A stretch of DNA of 64,000 bases from the NCBI GenBank assembly GCA_951406725.2, contig OX597830.1, positions 62,372,001 through 62,436,000 on the forward strand. The letters run 5' to 3'. Shown piece by piece: positions 11,410 to 22,081 of this stretch. This DNA comes from Octopus vulgaris (taxonomy: Eukaryota). Under the pieces are notes generated by a model. It saw only the letters and a program-made list of their open reading frames with translations. It ran no database searches and was not told where the DNA came from. The position numbers and the translations under genes are program-made. Within the stretch, counting starts at the first letter, position 1; each line of letters begins with the position of its first letter.

Positions 11410-11690
11410 GTTTCTTTATTGGCCACACAGGGCTGCACACAGATTGGACAAGTTACAAGGTAGAGCTTTTCTTTTGGGGGAGAGAAAAAAAAAAGATGGC
11501 GTAGGTTTCGATCAAAATGGATCGTAAAAGGGAAAAAAGAACAAAAAAAAGAAAAAAAGGGAAAAAAGGGAAAAGGACCAAAAGAAAAGAAAAATGAAAA
11601 AAGAAGACAAAAGAGGAAAAAGGGGGGAAGAGGAAAAAAAACGATCAATAGGGATCGTGTATCACAGTGTCATGATGTATGGTGTAAAGG
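11410..11690 (-). mobile_element. 3' UTR remnant of a LINE-like element ending in (TATC)n
   Basis: Minus strand is pyrimidine-rich and ends CCTTGTAACTTGTCCAATCTGTGTGCAGCCCTGTGTGGCCAATAAAGAAA then (TATC)n. Confidence 0.6.
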
Positions 11691-11952
11691 GGATAGATAG
11701 ACAGACAGACAAACCGTCAGACAGTCTGACAGGCAGTAAATGCCACAGTTAGGAACGAGACCAACAAATGCTTGGATAAATGAGAATTGGCGTAGTTGAA
11801 TCGGAAATAAATTTATTGCTTATTTTCCTCTCCCGTTCTGCCTTCTTTAGTCCCGTTTAAAAGATACAATCCTTGGTTTTTATTTTGTTATCAGCAATAA
11901 AACTCCCTCGTTTTTCACTAACCCCAAGCTGGCCTGGGTTACCTTCTCTCAC

Positions 11953-11980
11953 CTGAATCTCGAGGATTAATTGCTCTCAC
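11953..11980 (-). other. Candidate microexon (28 nt; 38 nt with the alternative donor)
   Basis: Minus strand: TTAAC branch-like motif, CTCCTTTTTTTCTTTTCCAG acceptor, GTGAGAGCAATTAATCCTCGAGATTCAG, donor GTGAGA (alternative AAG/GTAACC). Lies in unique sequence. Confidence 0.3.
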
Positions 11981-12251
11981 CTGGAAAAGAAAAAAAGGAG
12001 GAAATTGTTAATCTCAAATAAAATATCTTACTGTTTTGTATATTTATTTATTTATTTATTTATTTATTGTGTAAGTGTACGTAGAGGTGTGTGCATGTAT
12101 GTATATGTGTATATATGTGTTTAGATGTTTGTATAATGTGTGTGTATGTTTGTGTCTGTGTATATTTATGAAACGTATATGTATGTGCTTGAGTGCGTGT
12201 GTATAACTATTCGTATCGTGTGTATGTGTTTATGTATGCTTGTGTGTGTGT

Positions 12252-12456
12252 ACGCCATGATAGATCGTTAGCTCCTACACGCATTTTTTTCTCTCTTTGT
12301 TTCTCTCCTTGTTTTTTCTGTGTATCTTTCTGTCGAAGAGCGTAGGCTCGAAACGTAAAAGACTTTTTTCTATTCCTGAGCGCCATACTAATACATTTGT
12401 TTGTTTGTACTCCACCTGCCTTCGCCTTTTGTTTATTTTCGTAAACTTTCCCGTTA
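12252..12456 (+). mobile_element. Family E element, full length, with hammerhead-like motif
   Basis: Motif 12325-12362 TCTTT-CTGTCGA-A-GAGC-GTAG-GCTC-GAAA-CGT-A-AAAGA; 3' end abuts (TA)n. Confidence 0.75.
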
Positions 12457-12466
12457 TATATATCTT

Positions 12467-12544
<78 letters not shown>

Positions 12545-12682
12545 GTCTATGTGCGGTTGTATGTATGCATGTGTGTATGTGTGCTTAAGTGTATGTATGT
12601 ATATGTGTGCATGTATGTGTATAACTCTGTGTGTATTAGAAAGACGGAAAGAAACATATATATAACATACAGGAGAATTACC

Positions 12683-12917
12683 TATTTCTTTACTACCCAC
12701 AAGGGGCTAAACACAGAGAGGACAAACAAGGACAGACAAAGGGATTAAGTCGATTACATCGACCCCAGTGCGTAACTGGTACTTAATTTATCGACCCCGA
12801 AAGGATGAAAGGCAAAGTCGACCTCGGCGGAATTTGAACTCACAACGTAGCGGCAGACGAAATGCCGCTTAGCATTTCGCCCGACGTGCTAACGTTTCTG
12901 CCAGCTCGTCGCCTTAT
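12683..12917 (-). mobile_element. SINE family B (B2 tail), full length
   Basis: Perfect 18-bp TSD ACATACAGGAGAATTACC at 12665-12682 and 12918-12935. Confidence 0.93.
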
Positions 12918-13619
12918 ACATACAGGAGAATTACCCCCGAGAGAAAGTCGACAAGGCGAAACAAGACTGTTCTCAAGATTCCTGGTCCTGCTTAAGATTC
13001 TGGAGAATTGCTGTGAGGAGATTGAGAAGAAGCCGGCAGATACTGCATTTCCCGTCATACAAATGAACACAGGATATAGTGTGAACATGTAGTGAAAACA
13101 TTCAAACACTGTCACTATCTTTCCAAAATCCTGCTGCACTTCACACTGTGGCGTATAAGTCAACCTTACTTGTTTTTGGCTGTAAGTTTTGGTCTGGAAC
13201 ATTCGACCTGTATGTCGGAAAATACAGTAGTCATAGGCCTCTCCCTGGCTCTCCGGGTCCTAAATCGATGTGTGGACTAATCCGACCCTTAAATGGTGCA
13301 TTTCCTTTTATTGGTTTGAGAATTATGAGGGTACAATTGACGTTTAACTTCACGTCAGCCTTTGTTGAATTCGACCCGTAGACCTACTATCAAATGGTAT
13401 TCCACATTAAAGACTGAAGAACTCTTCATAATAGTATCTCTTTCGAAGTAAGTCTAAGAAATACAACCCTATCATTCCACAAGCATAACCGTCATCGCGT
13501 GATGCGAAGAACAGGTCAAACAATTCTAGATCATTATGTTTAACTGGAAAAAAAAAAAGAATTATCGTAAAACAGCAAAGCTTTCATAGCACGCATAGTA
13601 ATATCATTTTCTTTTAATT

Positions 13620-14612
13620 TTGACACAAAGCTAGCAGTTTTTATGGCGGGAGTAAGTCGATTACATTGACTCCAACGCTTTTCTGGCACTTTATTTTATC
13701 GACCCCGAAAGAGTGAAAGGCAAAGTCGATATCGGTAAAATTTGAACTCTCAACGTAATGAACGTATGATAACAATATTGGTTTCACATTTTGGCACACG
13801 GCCAGCGTTGTTGAGGGGAGGGGAATGTTGATTTCATCGACCCTAGTACTCAACTGGTATTTATTTTATCGACCCCTAAAGAATGAAAGACAAAGTCGAT
13901 CTCGGCAGAGTTTGAACTCAGAATGTAAAGAAAGATGAAATGCCGCTAAGCGTTTTCCCCCCAGAGTGTTAACGATTCTGCCAGCTCGCCACCCGCTTCC
14001 AGTAACATTGGATCGTTATATTATATTTCTGCTCTCTAAGGCGTTGAGCTGGCAGAAACGTTAGCACGCCGGACGAAATGCTTTGCAGTATTTCGTCTGC
14101 CGTTACGTTCTGAGTTCAAATTCTGCCGAGGTCGACTTTGCCTTTCATCCTTTCGGGGTCGATTAAATAAGTACCAGTTACACACTGGGGTCGATATAAT
14201 CGACTTAATCCCTTTGTCTGTCCTTGCTCGTCCCCCCTGTGTTTAGCCCCTTGTGGGTAGTAAAGAAATAAGAAACATTAGCACGCCGGGCGAGATGCTT
14301 AGCAGTATTTCGTCTGTCTTTACATTCTGAGTTCGACTTTGCCTTTCATCCTTTTGGGGTCGATAAATTAAGTACCAGTTGTGTACTGGGATCGATCTAA
14401 TCGTTTGGCCCCCTCCCCCAAAAATTCGGACCTTGTGCCTAGAATAGAAAAGATGATATTACAAACGCGTTCAATAAGGAGAACCGATTGGGCGTTAGAC
14501 AAAATGACCCCGGCCTTTTACATTCGTAGTTCAAATCCTCTCGAAGTCACCTTTACCTTTACTCTTGTGGGCTCGATAAAATAAAGTACCAGTCATGTGT
14601 AGAAGTCGATAT
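13620..14612. mobile_element. Cluster of five family B SINEs (two minus; B2+B1 tandem plus; one degenerate plus)
   Basis: Repeated GTCGATAAA/AAGTACCAG/GAGTTCAAA motifs; junction AAAGAAATAAGAAACATTAGC at ~14270. Confidence 0.85.
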
Positions 14613-14718
14613 AAAACACATATTTGGTAATCTAATAAAGCATTCCTAATCCGCTAAAAACCACATGTATTATAAAAAAAAAATATGCACACATTCTGGA
14701 TAAGACTTCTAGTAAGAT

Positions 14719-15800
14719 AATTCTATGAATCCGCCTTCAATTTTGATGACTGTTTCAAGACGGGACTAAAAACCGTTAAAATGCCTACACCAAAATGATC
14801 TTCATTCGTTTTGGGCATCACCTGGACAACGGTGACCTTCAATGAAGCTTTGATGTCGATTAGTCTCCCTTTCAACAACACTCTAAATGTAGTTGTTCGT
14901 GGGATTTAAAACTGGCGAATTTGGAGACCATAAGTTTGGTGTTAGATGATCGTAAAGACTGTCTAACATCCATATTTGGGTTACGTGGGCTTCGTTAGAA
15001 GGTACTGAATCTTGTTGGAGCATGAATGAGCTTCCATTACGTCCTTCATCCACCCAGGGCTAAAATAACTGCCTCCGGTACCTCAACGTCTCCAGCAATA
15101 TTAATTCTTAGAACCTCTGGTCAGATGTGAAATTGTGTGAAATTACCCTTGTTATTCACCAATCCTAAAACACGGTTGACAGTAACTTTGTGTGCATCTG
15201 TCTGGGGAGATAAGAAGGATCTGCTCATAGCCATCATCTGTCATTCCTCCTGTTAGACTTTCGGTCTTAGTTGATGTTTTTTTCGCCAGAGAAGGACCAA
15301 AATATGTCATGTCCATGTGGGTTTGTAACTTTGTTACGTAACCGCTTGGCACGGATCAGACTAATTTGTTGTGTCTTTGTAGGCATGAATTAGCCCTCCC
15401 CTTGGTACATACGACATGTAAAGAATGTCCTCGTACACCACAGCTCTGACAGTCCACTCCGACACTTGATGACCTTCGGCGATGGCTTTCAATGATTTTC
15501 CAGGGTCATCATCGATAATGTTTCGAATCCGTTGGTGTCTTTATAATAAGTTTACACTGATATTTTCTCTTCAAGCTTTCAATTCTATCCGAACTTTGTG
15601 TACGAAAGATCATGTAACATAGAATTGCTGTGTTTTGTACATAATGGCAACAAAGGATGTATGTCTTTTCATTTCTTGTCTTAACATTTTATCTGCTATA
15701 GGGGAGGGGAAATTAAAGGAAATAAAAGCCTTTTATTGGTTTCAAGAGAGTAGAGCGCTAATAATTAAATACTATCCTTAAATACTCCTTGCACACTGTA
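14719..15800 (-). pseudogene. Near full-length decayed DD37D (maT-like) Tc1/mariner transposon
   Basis: Manual translation: IIDDDPGKSLKAIA...SEWTVRAVVYEDI (HTH-like), FWSFSGEK (decayed FSDEK), MLQQDSVP...LWSPNSPVLNPTN(N)Y with 37 residues between the QQD aspartate and the mutated third D, then RLETVIKIEGGFIE. TA-CAGTG-like end at ~15800. Confidence 0.85.
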
Positions 15801-15825
15801 TTACGTATATCGCTGTCTGTGACTG

Positions 15826-16027
15826 CGTGTGTACCGTTGGCGATTTTTTTCCTCCGTCTTCCCTTCCTTGGATCCTTCCTTTTTCTATGTTTCTGACGAA
15901 GAGCTCCGCTCGAAACGTTAAATCCTCTTTCTTTCTTTCCTTTCCTGAGCGTCCAATAACACTATACTTGTTCCACGTCCTCGGGTTGTTGTGTTTTCTC
16001 TTTGTGTTTTCATGTTTGGATTAACTA
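15826..16027 (+). mobile_element. Family F element with canonical-core hammerhead-like motif
   Basis: 15889-15923 GTTT-CTGACGA-A-GAGC-TCC-GCTC-GAAA-CGT-T-AAAT. Confidence 0.72.
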
Positions 16028-16060
16028 TATATATACATGTGTGTGTGTGTGGGGGGTGTA

Positions 16061-16436
16061 GTGGAGGCACAATGCCACAGTTATTAGGGCAAAGATACTC
16101 ACGGTCGTAGGATCGCGGTTTCGATTCTCAGAGCGGGCGTTGTGAGTGTTTATTGAGCGAAAACACCCGAGGCTCCGGCAGGGGGTGATAGCACACCCTG
16201 CTGTACTCTCTTTCACCACAACTTTCTCTCACACTTTCTTCCTGTTTCTGTTGTACTTGTATTTCAAAAAGGCCAGCCTGGTCATACTCTGTGTCACGTT
16301 GAATCTCCCCGAGAACTACGTTAAGGGTATACGTGTCTGTGGAGTGCTCAGCCACTTACACGTTAATTTCTCGAGCAGGCTGTTCTGTTGATCGGATCAA
16401 CTGGAACCCTCGTCGTCGTAACCGACGGAGTGCCAC
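16061..16436 (+). mobile_element. tRNA-derived SINE family C
   Basis: Homologous over its full length to 19918-20292; B box GGTTTCGATTC. Confidence 0.88.
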
Positions 16437-16449
16437 TATATATATATAT

Positions 16450-16669
16450 GAGCTGGCAGAAACGTTAGCACGCCGGGCGAAATGCGTAGCTTGATTTCGT
16501 CTGTCGTTACGTTCCGAGTTCAAATTCCACCGCGGTCGACTTTGCCTTTCATCTTTTCGGGGTCGATAAATTAAGTACCAGTTACACACTGGGGTCGATG
16601 TAATCAACTTAATCCGTTTGTCTGTCTTTGTTTGTCCCCTCTGTGTTTAGCCCCTTGTGGGTAGTAAAG

Positions 16670-16673
<4 letters not shown>
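16450..16673 (+). mobile_element. SINE family B (B2 tail)
   Basis: Family motifs; flanked by (TA)n. Confidence 0.9.
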
Positions 16674-16717
<44 letters not shown>

Positions 16718-16719
<2 letters not shown>

Positions 16720-17112
16720 TCTTTTACTTGTTTCAGTCATTCGACTGCGGCCATGCTGGAGCACCGCCTTTAGTCGAGCAAATCGACCCCGGGACTTATT
16801 CTTTGTAAGCCCAGTACTTATTCTATCGGTCTCTTTTGCCGAACCGCTAAGTGACGGGGACATAAACACACCAGCATCGGTTGTCAAGCAATTCTAGGGG
16901 GACAGAAACAGACACACAAACACACACACATACATATATATATATACATATATACGACAGGCTTCTTTCAGTTTCCGTCTACCAAATCCACTCACAAGGC
17001 ATTGGTCGGCCCAAGGCTACAGTAGAAGACACTTGCCCAAGGTGCCACGCAGTGGGACTGAACCCGGAAACATGTGGTTGGTTAGCAAGCTACTTACTAC
17101 ACAGCCACTCCT
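16718..17112 (-). mobile_element. SINE family A, near-consensus
   Basis: Nearly identical to 1609-2018. Confidence 0.92.
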
Positions 17113-17436
17113 ATATATATATGGCCTCAATGTAAGTCTGGCAAGCCATCTTTTGTCTTTCTTCCTCGTCTTATTTTTCTTTCTGACTCTCCCCCCCCCC
17201 CTCCACTTATCTATTTCTCTTGTTTCTTTCTTTTCTTTCCATCTCCCCCTCCTCCCCCCCCCCATTCCTCCAACGTAACCCAAGGTTTTTCTTTCATTCA
17301 TCTTCTTCGTTGTTCCTTATCAATTTCTTCTTCTTCCTCCTCCATCTCCCTCCTCCCTCCTTCTCCCCTCCCTCTTCTCTTCTATCTTGTGCATTAATCC
17401 TAATCGTTTCCTCCGCGCGCACACACACACACACAC

Positions 17437-17472
<36 letters not shown>

Positions 17473-18004
17473 GCACACACACACTCATGAGCAAGCACAC
17501 GCACGTACAAACACACATACACTATGTGGAAACCCGACGCATGTGTGCGTGTATGTGTGTGTAAATGTGTATGCGTATGTGTGCGTGTATGTGTGTATAA
17601 ATGTGTATGCGTATGTGTGCGTGTATGTGTGTGTAAATGTGTATGCGTATGTGTACGCAAACACACACACACAGGCACACACACACACACACACACTGTT
17701 TGGAAACCCGTCTGGTATATAAATGAGCGTGCGTGTGTAATTATCTCCAACACCGTTTAATAACTGCTATTAGTTTGCTTACGACCCCATAAACACACAC
17801 ACACACACACACACGTACACACAACATCCTCAGTTATATTCTCACCACCACCAATACCACGACCACCACCACTAATATCCCCACCAACAAAACCCAAACT
17901 TTGCCTACTTACAAAATCTTTATTTTCGTCTTTCGTCCAAAACTGTTTATATCTATAAGCCAAGGACAGGACCTCACATGTTTCGTCCCCCGCCTCTCTC
18001 TGTC

Positions 18005-18130
<126 letters not shown>

Positions 18131-18629
18131 TGGTTTTGTTCTTTGTTTGTTTGCCTTCGTATTGCTATTGTTGTTCATGTTATGGTTGACTAAATGGTTG
18201 AAATAACAGACAGGATCTTCCAATTAAACTACTTTAAAATGTCGCCCAGTATACTCGTATTGTCTGCCTTTATTTTGCTATCAAGTTTCTTCATCTACAG
18301 CGTAAAGATATACACATATATAGGTAAATACATGCATACATATATATATGTATATATGTATATGTATGTGTGTGTGTAAAGGTTTATGACAGATTGCGTC
18401 ATCAAGGATCGAAACCTGAGCCTTCATGCTCGTTTCCTTTGTTCTCAGATTGTGAATCTAAAATCCATTTGTTTCGCCTGTCAAATTCGCTATCAAATTC
18501 GGTAACCTTATTTGGTTTTAATACAGGTGTATATTTGCGAAACCTGTAAAATAAAAATTTAAAAAAAAAGGAAAAAAAAAGCCCAGTTCCTTTTGTGATT
18601 TTCAAACAGTTTAATTCTGTCACCAATTG

Positions 18630-18890
18630 TGTGGTCGCATAGCCTAGCAGTTAGGGTGTTGCTCTCCCGATCTCGGGATCGTCGTTTCAATTCGTGGAAC
18701 GAGTGGTGCGTTGTGGTTTTGAGCAAAACGCTTCATTTCACGCTGCACTACGATTGCTTGGACACCCGTGCACCTGTTCAGCCAACGTCTGTTTCGTGGA
18801 GAGAGTAAACTAATGTACATTTGATCATAACAAACAAAACAGTTGTTCACTATAAACAAATCATTTGCGCTGATTGTTCAGCAAAGACCG
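18630..18890 (+). mobile_element. Diverged tRNA/CORE-like SINE (family D-related)
   Basis: TAGCCTAGCAGTTAGG...GTTTCAATTC head, then TTGAGCAAAACGCTTCATTTCAC shared with 20308 and 46094. Confidence 0.55.
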
Positions 18891-19264
18891 TCTTTCTCGG
18901 ACCACAAGAGACTACCATCGTCATTATGATGGATATTTTGTGTCTCAGAGATCCCTCATAAATGATTACGACCAGTCCCTCCTTGTCAGACCTTCGGCCC
19001 TCGGGATCCACTTTTTGCTGGAGGTATTGTCTTACAAAAGTTCTATAGGAATGTTAATGTAATTATTCTTATCAAACTGAACACAGGGACCAGCAAAGAC
19101 CTTGCGCAACTTATTTGACTTAAAAGACCTGAGAGCCGCTGCATCCATTAAAGCAGTCTCTATCGCTTGTCTCAGCGAGTTGTTCTCTCTCCCACCTCTT
19201 CCTCTATGAAGTAACATGCTTATGTCATACTCGACAAAAGCAATGTCCTGTAACATACCATACC

Positions 19265-19480
19265 GGTTTCAACGCATTTGCACAAAGGCCAGCAATTTCG
19301 GGGAAGAGAGCAAGTCAATTACATCGACCCCTAGAGCTTAACTGGTACTTATTTTATCGAATCCGAAAGAATAAAAGGTCACTTCGACTTTGCCGCGATT
19401 TGAACTCAGAACATAAAGACGGACGAATGCTTTAAATATTTTGCCTGGTGTGCTAACAATTCTGCCAGCTTGCCGCCTTA
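19265..19480 (-). mobile_element. SINE family B (B1), diverged
   Basis: ACATCGACCCC, ACTGGTACTTATTTTATCGA, TTTGAACTCAGAAC, TCTGCCAGCT. Confidence 0.8.
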
Positions 19481-19504
19481 GTAACACACATTAATTCTCA
19501 TATA

Positions 19505-19789
19505 AGTTTGTTCCTTCTCAAGCCATGCCTGGCTCATAATGGGCCGGTTTCCCGGTTTCCTTGGGTGTGTAGGTTCCCCACCTGGACGGGACGCCGGTCC
19601 TTCGCAGGTGAGCTGCAAGATGCAAGAGGAAAAAGTGAGAGAAAGTTGTGGCGAAAGAGCCAGCAGAAGTTCGCCATTACCTTAGGTGTTTCGCTCATAA
19701 ACACACACATCGCCCGGTCTGAGATTCGAACCCGTGATCCCTCGAACGCGAGTCCGCTGCTCTGACCACTTGGCCTTGTGCCTCCACAG
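19505..19789 (-). mobile_element. SINE family C' (same head as C, different 3' half)
   Basis: Minus head GTGGAGGCACAAGGCCAAGTGGTCAGAGCAGCGGACTCGCG...GGGTTCGAATCTC; tail CCTGCGAAGGACCGGCGTCCCGTCCAGG...GAAACCGGG; 10-bp TSD TTCTCATATA at 19495-19504 and 19790-19799. Confidence 0.88.
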
Positions 19790-19917
19790 TTCTCATATAT
19801 GCAGTGATTAATTTCTTTGCACAATCTTGGTTTCGTTATCCAACAAGTTAGACATAGAAGATTCCGAACCGTTCTTTATGTTCGTTTGAACATTGATCCA
19901 TTAATTTACTGAATATA

Positions 19918-20292
19918 GCCGCAATGGCCCAGTGGTTAGGGCAGCGGACTCGCGGTCATACGATCGCGGTTTCGATTCCCAGACCGGGCGTTGTGAGTGT
20001 TTATTGAGCGAAAACACCTAAAGCTCCACGAGGCTCCGGCAGGGGATGGTGGTGATCCCTGCTGTACTCTTTCACCATAACTTTCTCTCACTCTTACTTC
20101 CTGTTTCTGTTGTACCTGTATTTCAAAGGGCCGGCCTTGTCACTCTCTGTGTCACGCTGAATATCCCCGAGAACTACGTTAAGGGTACACGTATCTGTGG
20201 AGTGCTCAGCCACTTACACGTTAATTTCACGAGCAGGCTGTTCCGTTGATTCGGATCAACTGGAACCCTCGTCGTCGTAACCGACGGAGTGC
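19918..20292 (+). mobile_element. SINE family C
   Basis: A box TGGCCCAGTGG, B box GGTTTCGATTCC, tRNA-Arg-like head. Confidence 0.9.
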
Positions 20293-20307
20293 TTCCACTT
20301 CCACAAT

Positions 20308-20601
20308 AGCCGCATTGACTAGTGGTTAAGTACGTTCCTCTCGTGATCGTAAGATCACAGTTTCGATTCCTAGACCGACTGCGAGTTGTTTTCTTGAGCA
20401 AAACACTTGATTTCACATCGCTGCAGTAGACTCAGCTGTTAATGGCTAATCCTGCGATGGAGTAGAGTTTCGATTAGGGGGAATGTTGGCCTGCTCGCCT
20501 AGCCAGCCGCGTCGCATCATAGGAAAACTCAAACGATTCGAAGCACATTGTGACCAGCGATGTACAACAACATCCGATAGTCTGGTCAATCACGTGATCA
20601 C
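20308..20601 (+). mobile_element. SINE family D (diverged)
   Basis: TGACTAGTGGTTAAG...GTTTCGATTCC head; CTTGAGCAAAACACTT; CCTGCGATGG. Confidence 0.65.
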
Positions 20602-20693
20602 ATTTGTAATTATAACGATGCAGGTTGATAAGATATTTCGAAGCGCAATCTTTAGTGTAGTCATTGTCTACAAACGCAACCCAACTCACATTC

Positions 20694-20895
20694 TTTTATT
20701 CTTTACTTGTTTCAGTCATTTGACTGCGGCCATGCTGCAGCACTGCCTTTAGTCTAGCAGATCGACCCTAGGACATATTTTTTGTAAACCTAGTACTCAT
20801 TCTACCGGTTTCTTTTGCCGAGCCGTTGAGTTACGGGGACGTAAACACTCCAGCATCGGTTGTCAAGCGATGTTGGAGGGACAAACACAGACACA

Positions 20896-20968
<73 letters not shown>

Positions 20969-21123
20969 GATGGGCTTCTTTCAGTTTCTGTCTACCAAAT
21001 CCACTCACAAGACTTTGATCGGCCCGAGGCTATAGTAGAAGACACCTGCCCAAGGTGCCACGCAGTGGGACTGAACCCGGAGCCATGGGGTTGGGAAGCA
21101 AACTACTTACCACACAGCCACTC
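20694..21123 (-). mobile_element. SINE family A
   Basis: Full head, body and tail. Confidence 0.9.
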
Positions 21124-21336
21124 CAGCCAACGAAAAAGAAAATTACTAACCACAATTTTAAAAACTGTGATACATTTTTGGGACGGGAGGAAGGTTCTAG
21201 ATGTTGGGGTCAGCTCACAGCTCATGCAACGATGCTTGAAAAGGGGAGGGGCACATTGGATAATGCAGTGTTACATAATCCTAAAAAGATGAGATGGTCA
21301 GGGATGGAATGTCTTTATTATTATCTATTCATTTGA

Positions 21337-21800
21337 AAGGCGGAGAGCTGGTAGAATCGTTAGAACGCCGGCGAAAATGCTTAGTGGTATTTCGTCTGTT
21401 TTTACGTTCTGAGTTCAAATTCTGCTGAGGTCGACTTTGCCTTTCATCCTTTCGGGGTCGATAAATTAAGTACCAGTTACGCACTGGGGTCGATGTAGCC
21501 GACTATTCCCCTCCCCCCCAAAAAAATCTCATGCCTTGTGCCTATAGTAGAAAAGATTCTGATCTCTTCGTTAAGGCAACAAGCTGGCAGAATCGTTAAA
21601 ACGTCGGGAAAAAGTTCGCTGGTGGTTGTGGAGCGGATTGCTTCTTCCGGTTTATTACGTTCTGGGTTCAAATCTCGCCGAAGACAGCGTTACCTTACAT
21701 CTCTCTGGATTCAATAAAATAGAGTACCTAACATGTATTGGGGTCGGTGTACTCGACTAACCACAATCCTCTCAAGACTTATTGGCCATATTCCTGAATT
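21337..21800 (+). mobile_element. Two tandem family B (B1) SINEs, the second degenerate
   Basis: GGCGGAGAGCTGG head at ~21339; second AAGCTGGCAGAATCGTT at ~21581. Confidence 0.82.
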
Positions 21801-21810
21801 ATAAACACTA

Positions 21811-21980
21811 GGCGCATGCGTGGCTGTGTGGTAAGAAGTTTCCTTCCCTGTCGCATGGTTCCGGGTTCAATCCCACTGCGTGAGTGACCCCTTGGGCAAG
21901 TGTCTTCAGCTATAGTCTCGGGCTGACTAAAACCTTGTGAGTGGATTTGATAGACGGAAACTGAAAGAAGCCCGTCGTAC
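21811..21980 (+). mobile_element. SINE family A, 5' half only
   Basis: Head through GAAAGAAGCCCGTCG. Confidence 0.85.
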
Positions 21981-22081
21981 ATCTACTGTATAAATGCGAG
22001 TGTTTGGTGGTTATGAATGTGTTTAACCCCGAAAATGAAGAAAGAAATGCCAAAACTTTAGGATTTGTGAGGAGGAAATGG

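Noticed and set aside
12940-13420. Complex non-repetitive stretch with 60-120-aa ORFs
   Set aside because: No recognisable domain or splice-bounded frame; possibly an old transposon relic that I cannot classify.
19918-19992. SINE heads as functional tRNA genes
   Set aside because: A/B boxes are present but there is no intact cloverleaf, and each continues into a shared SINE body.
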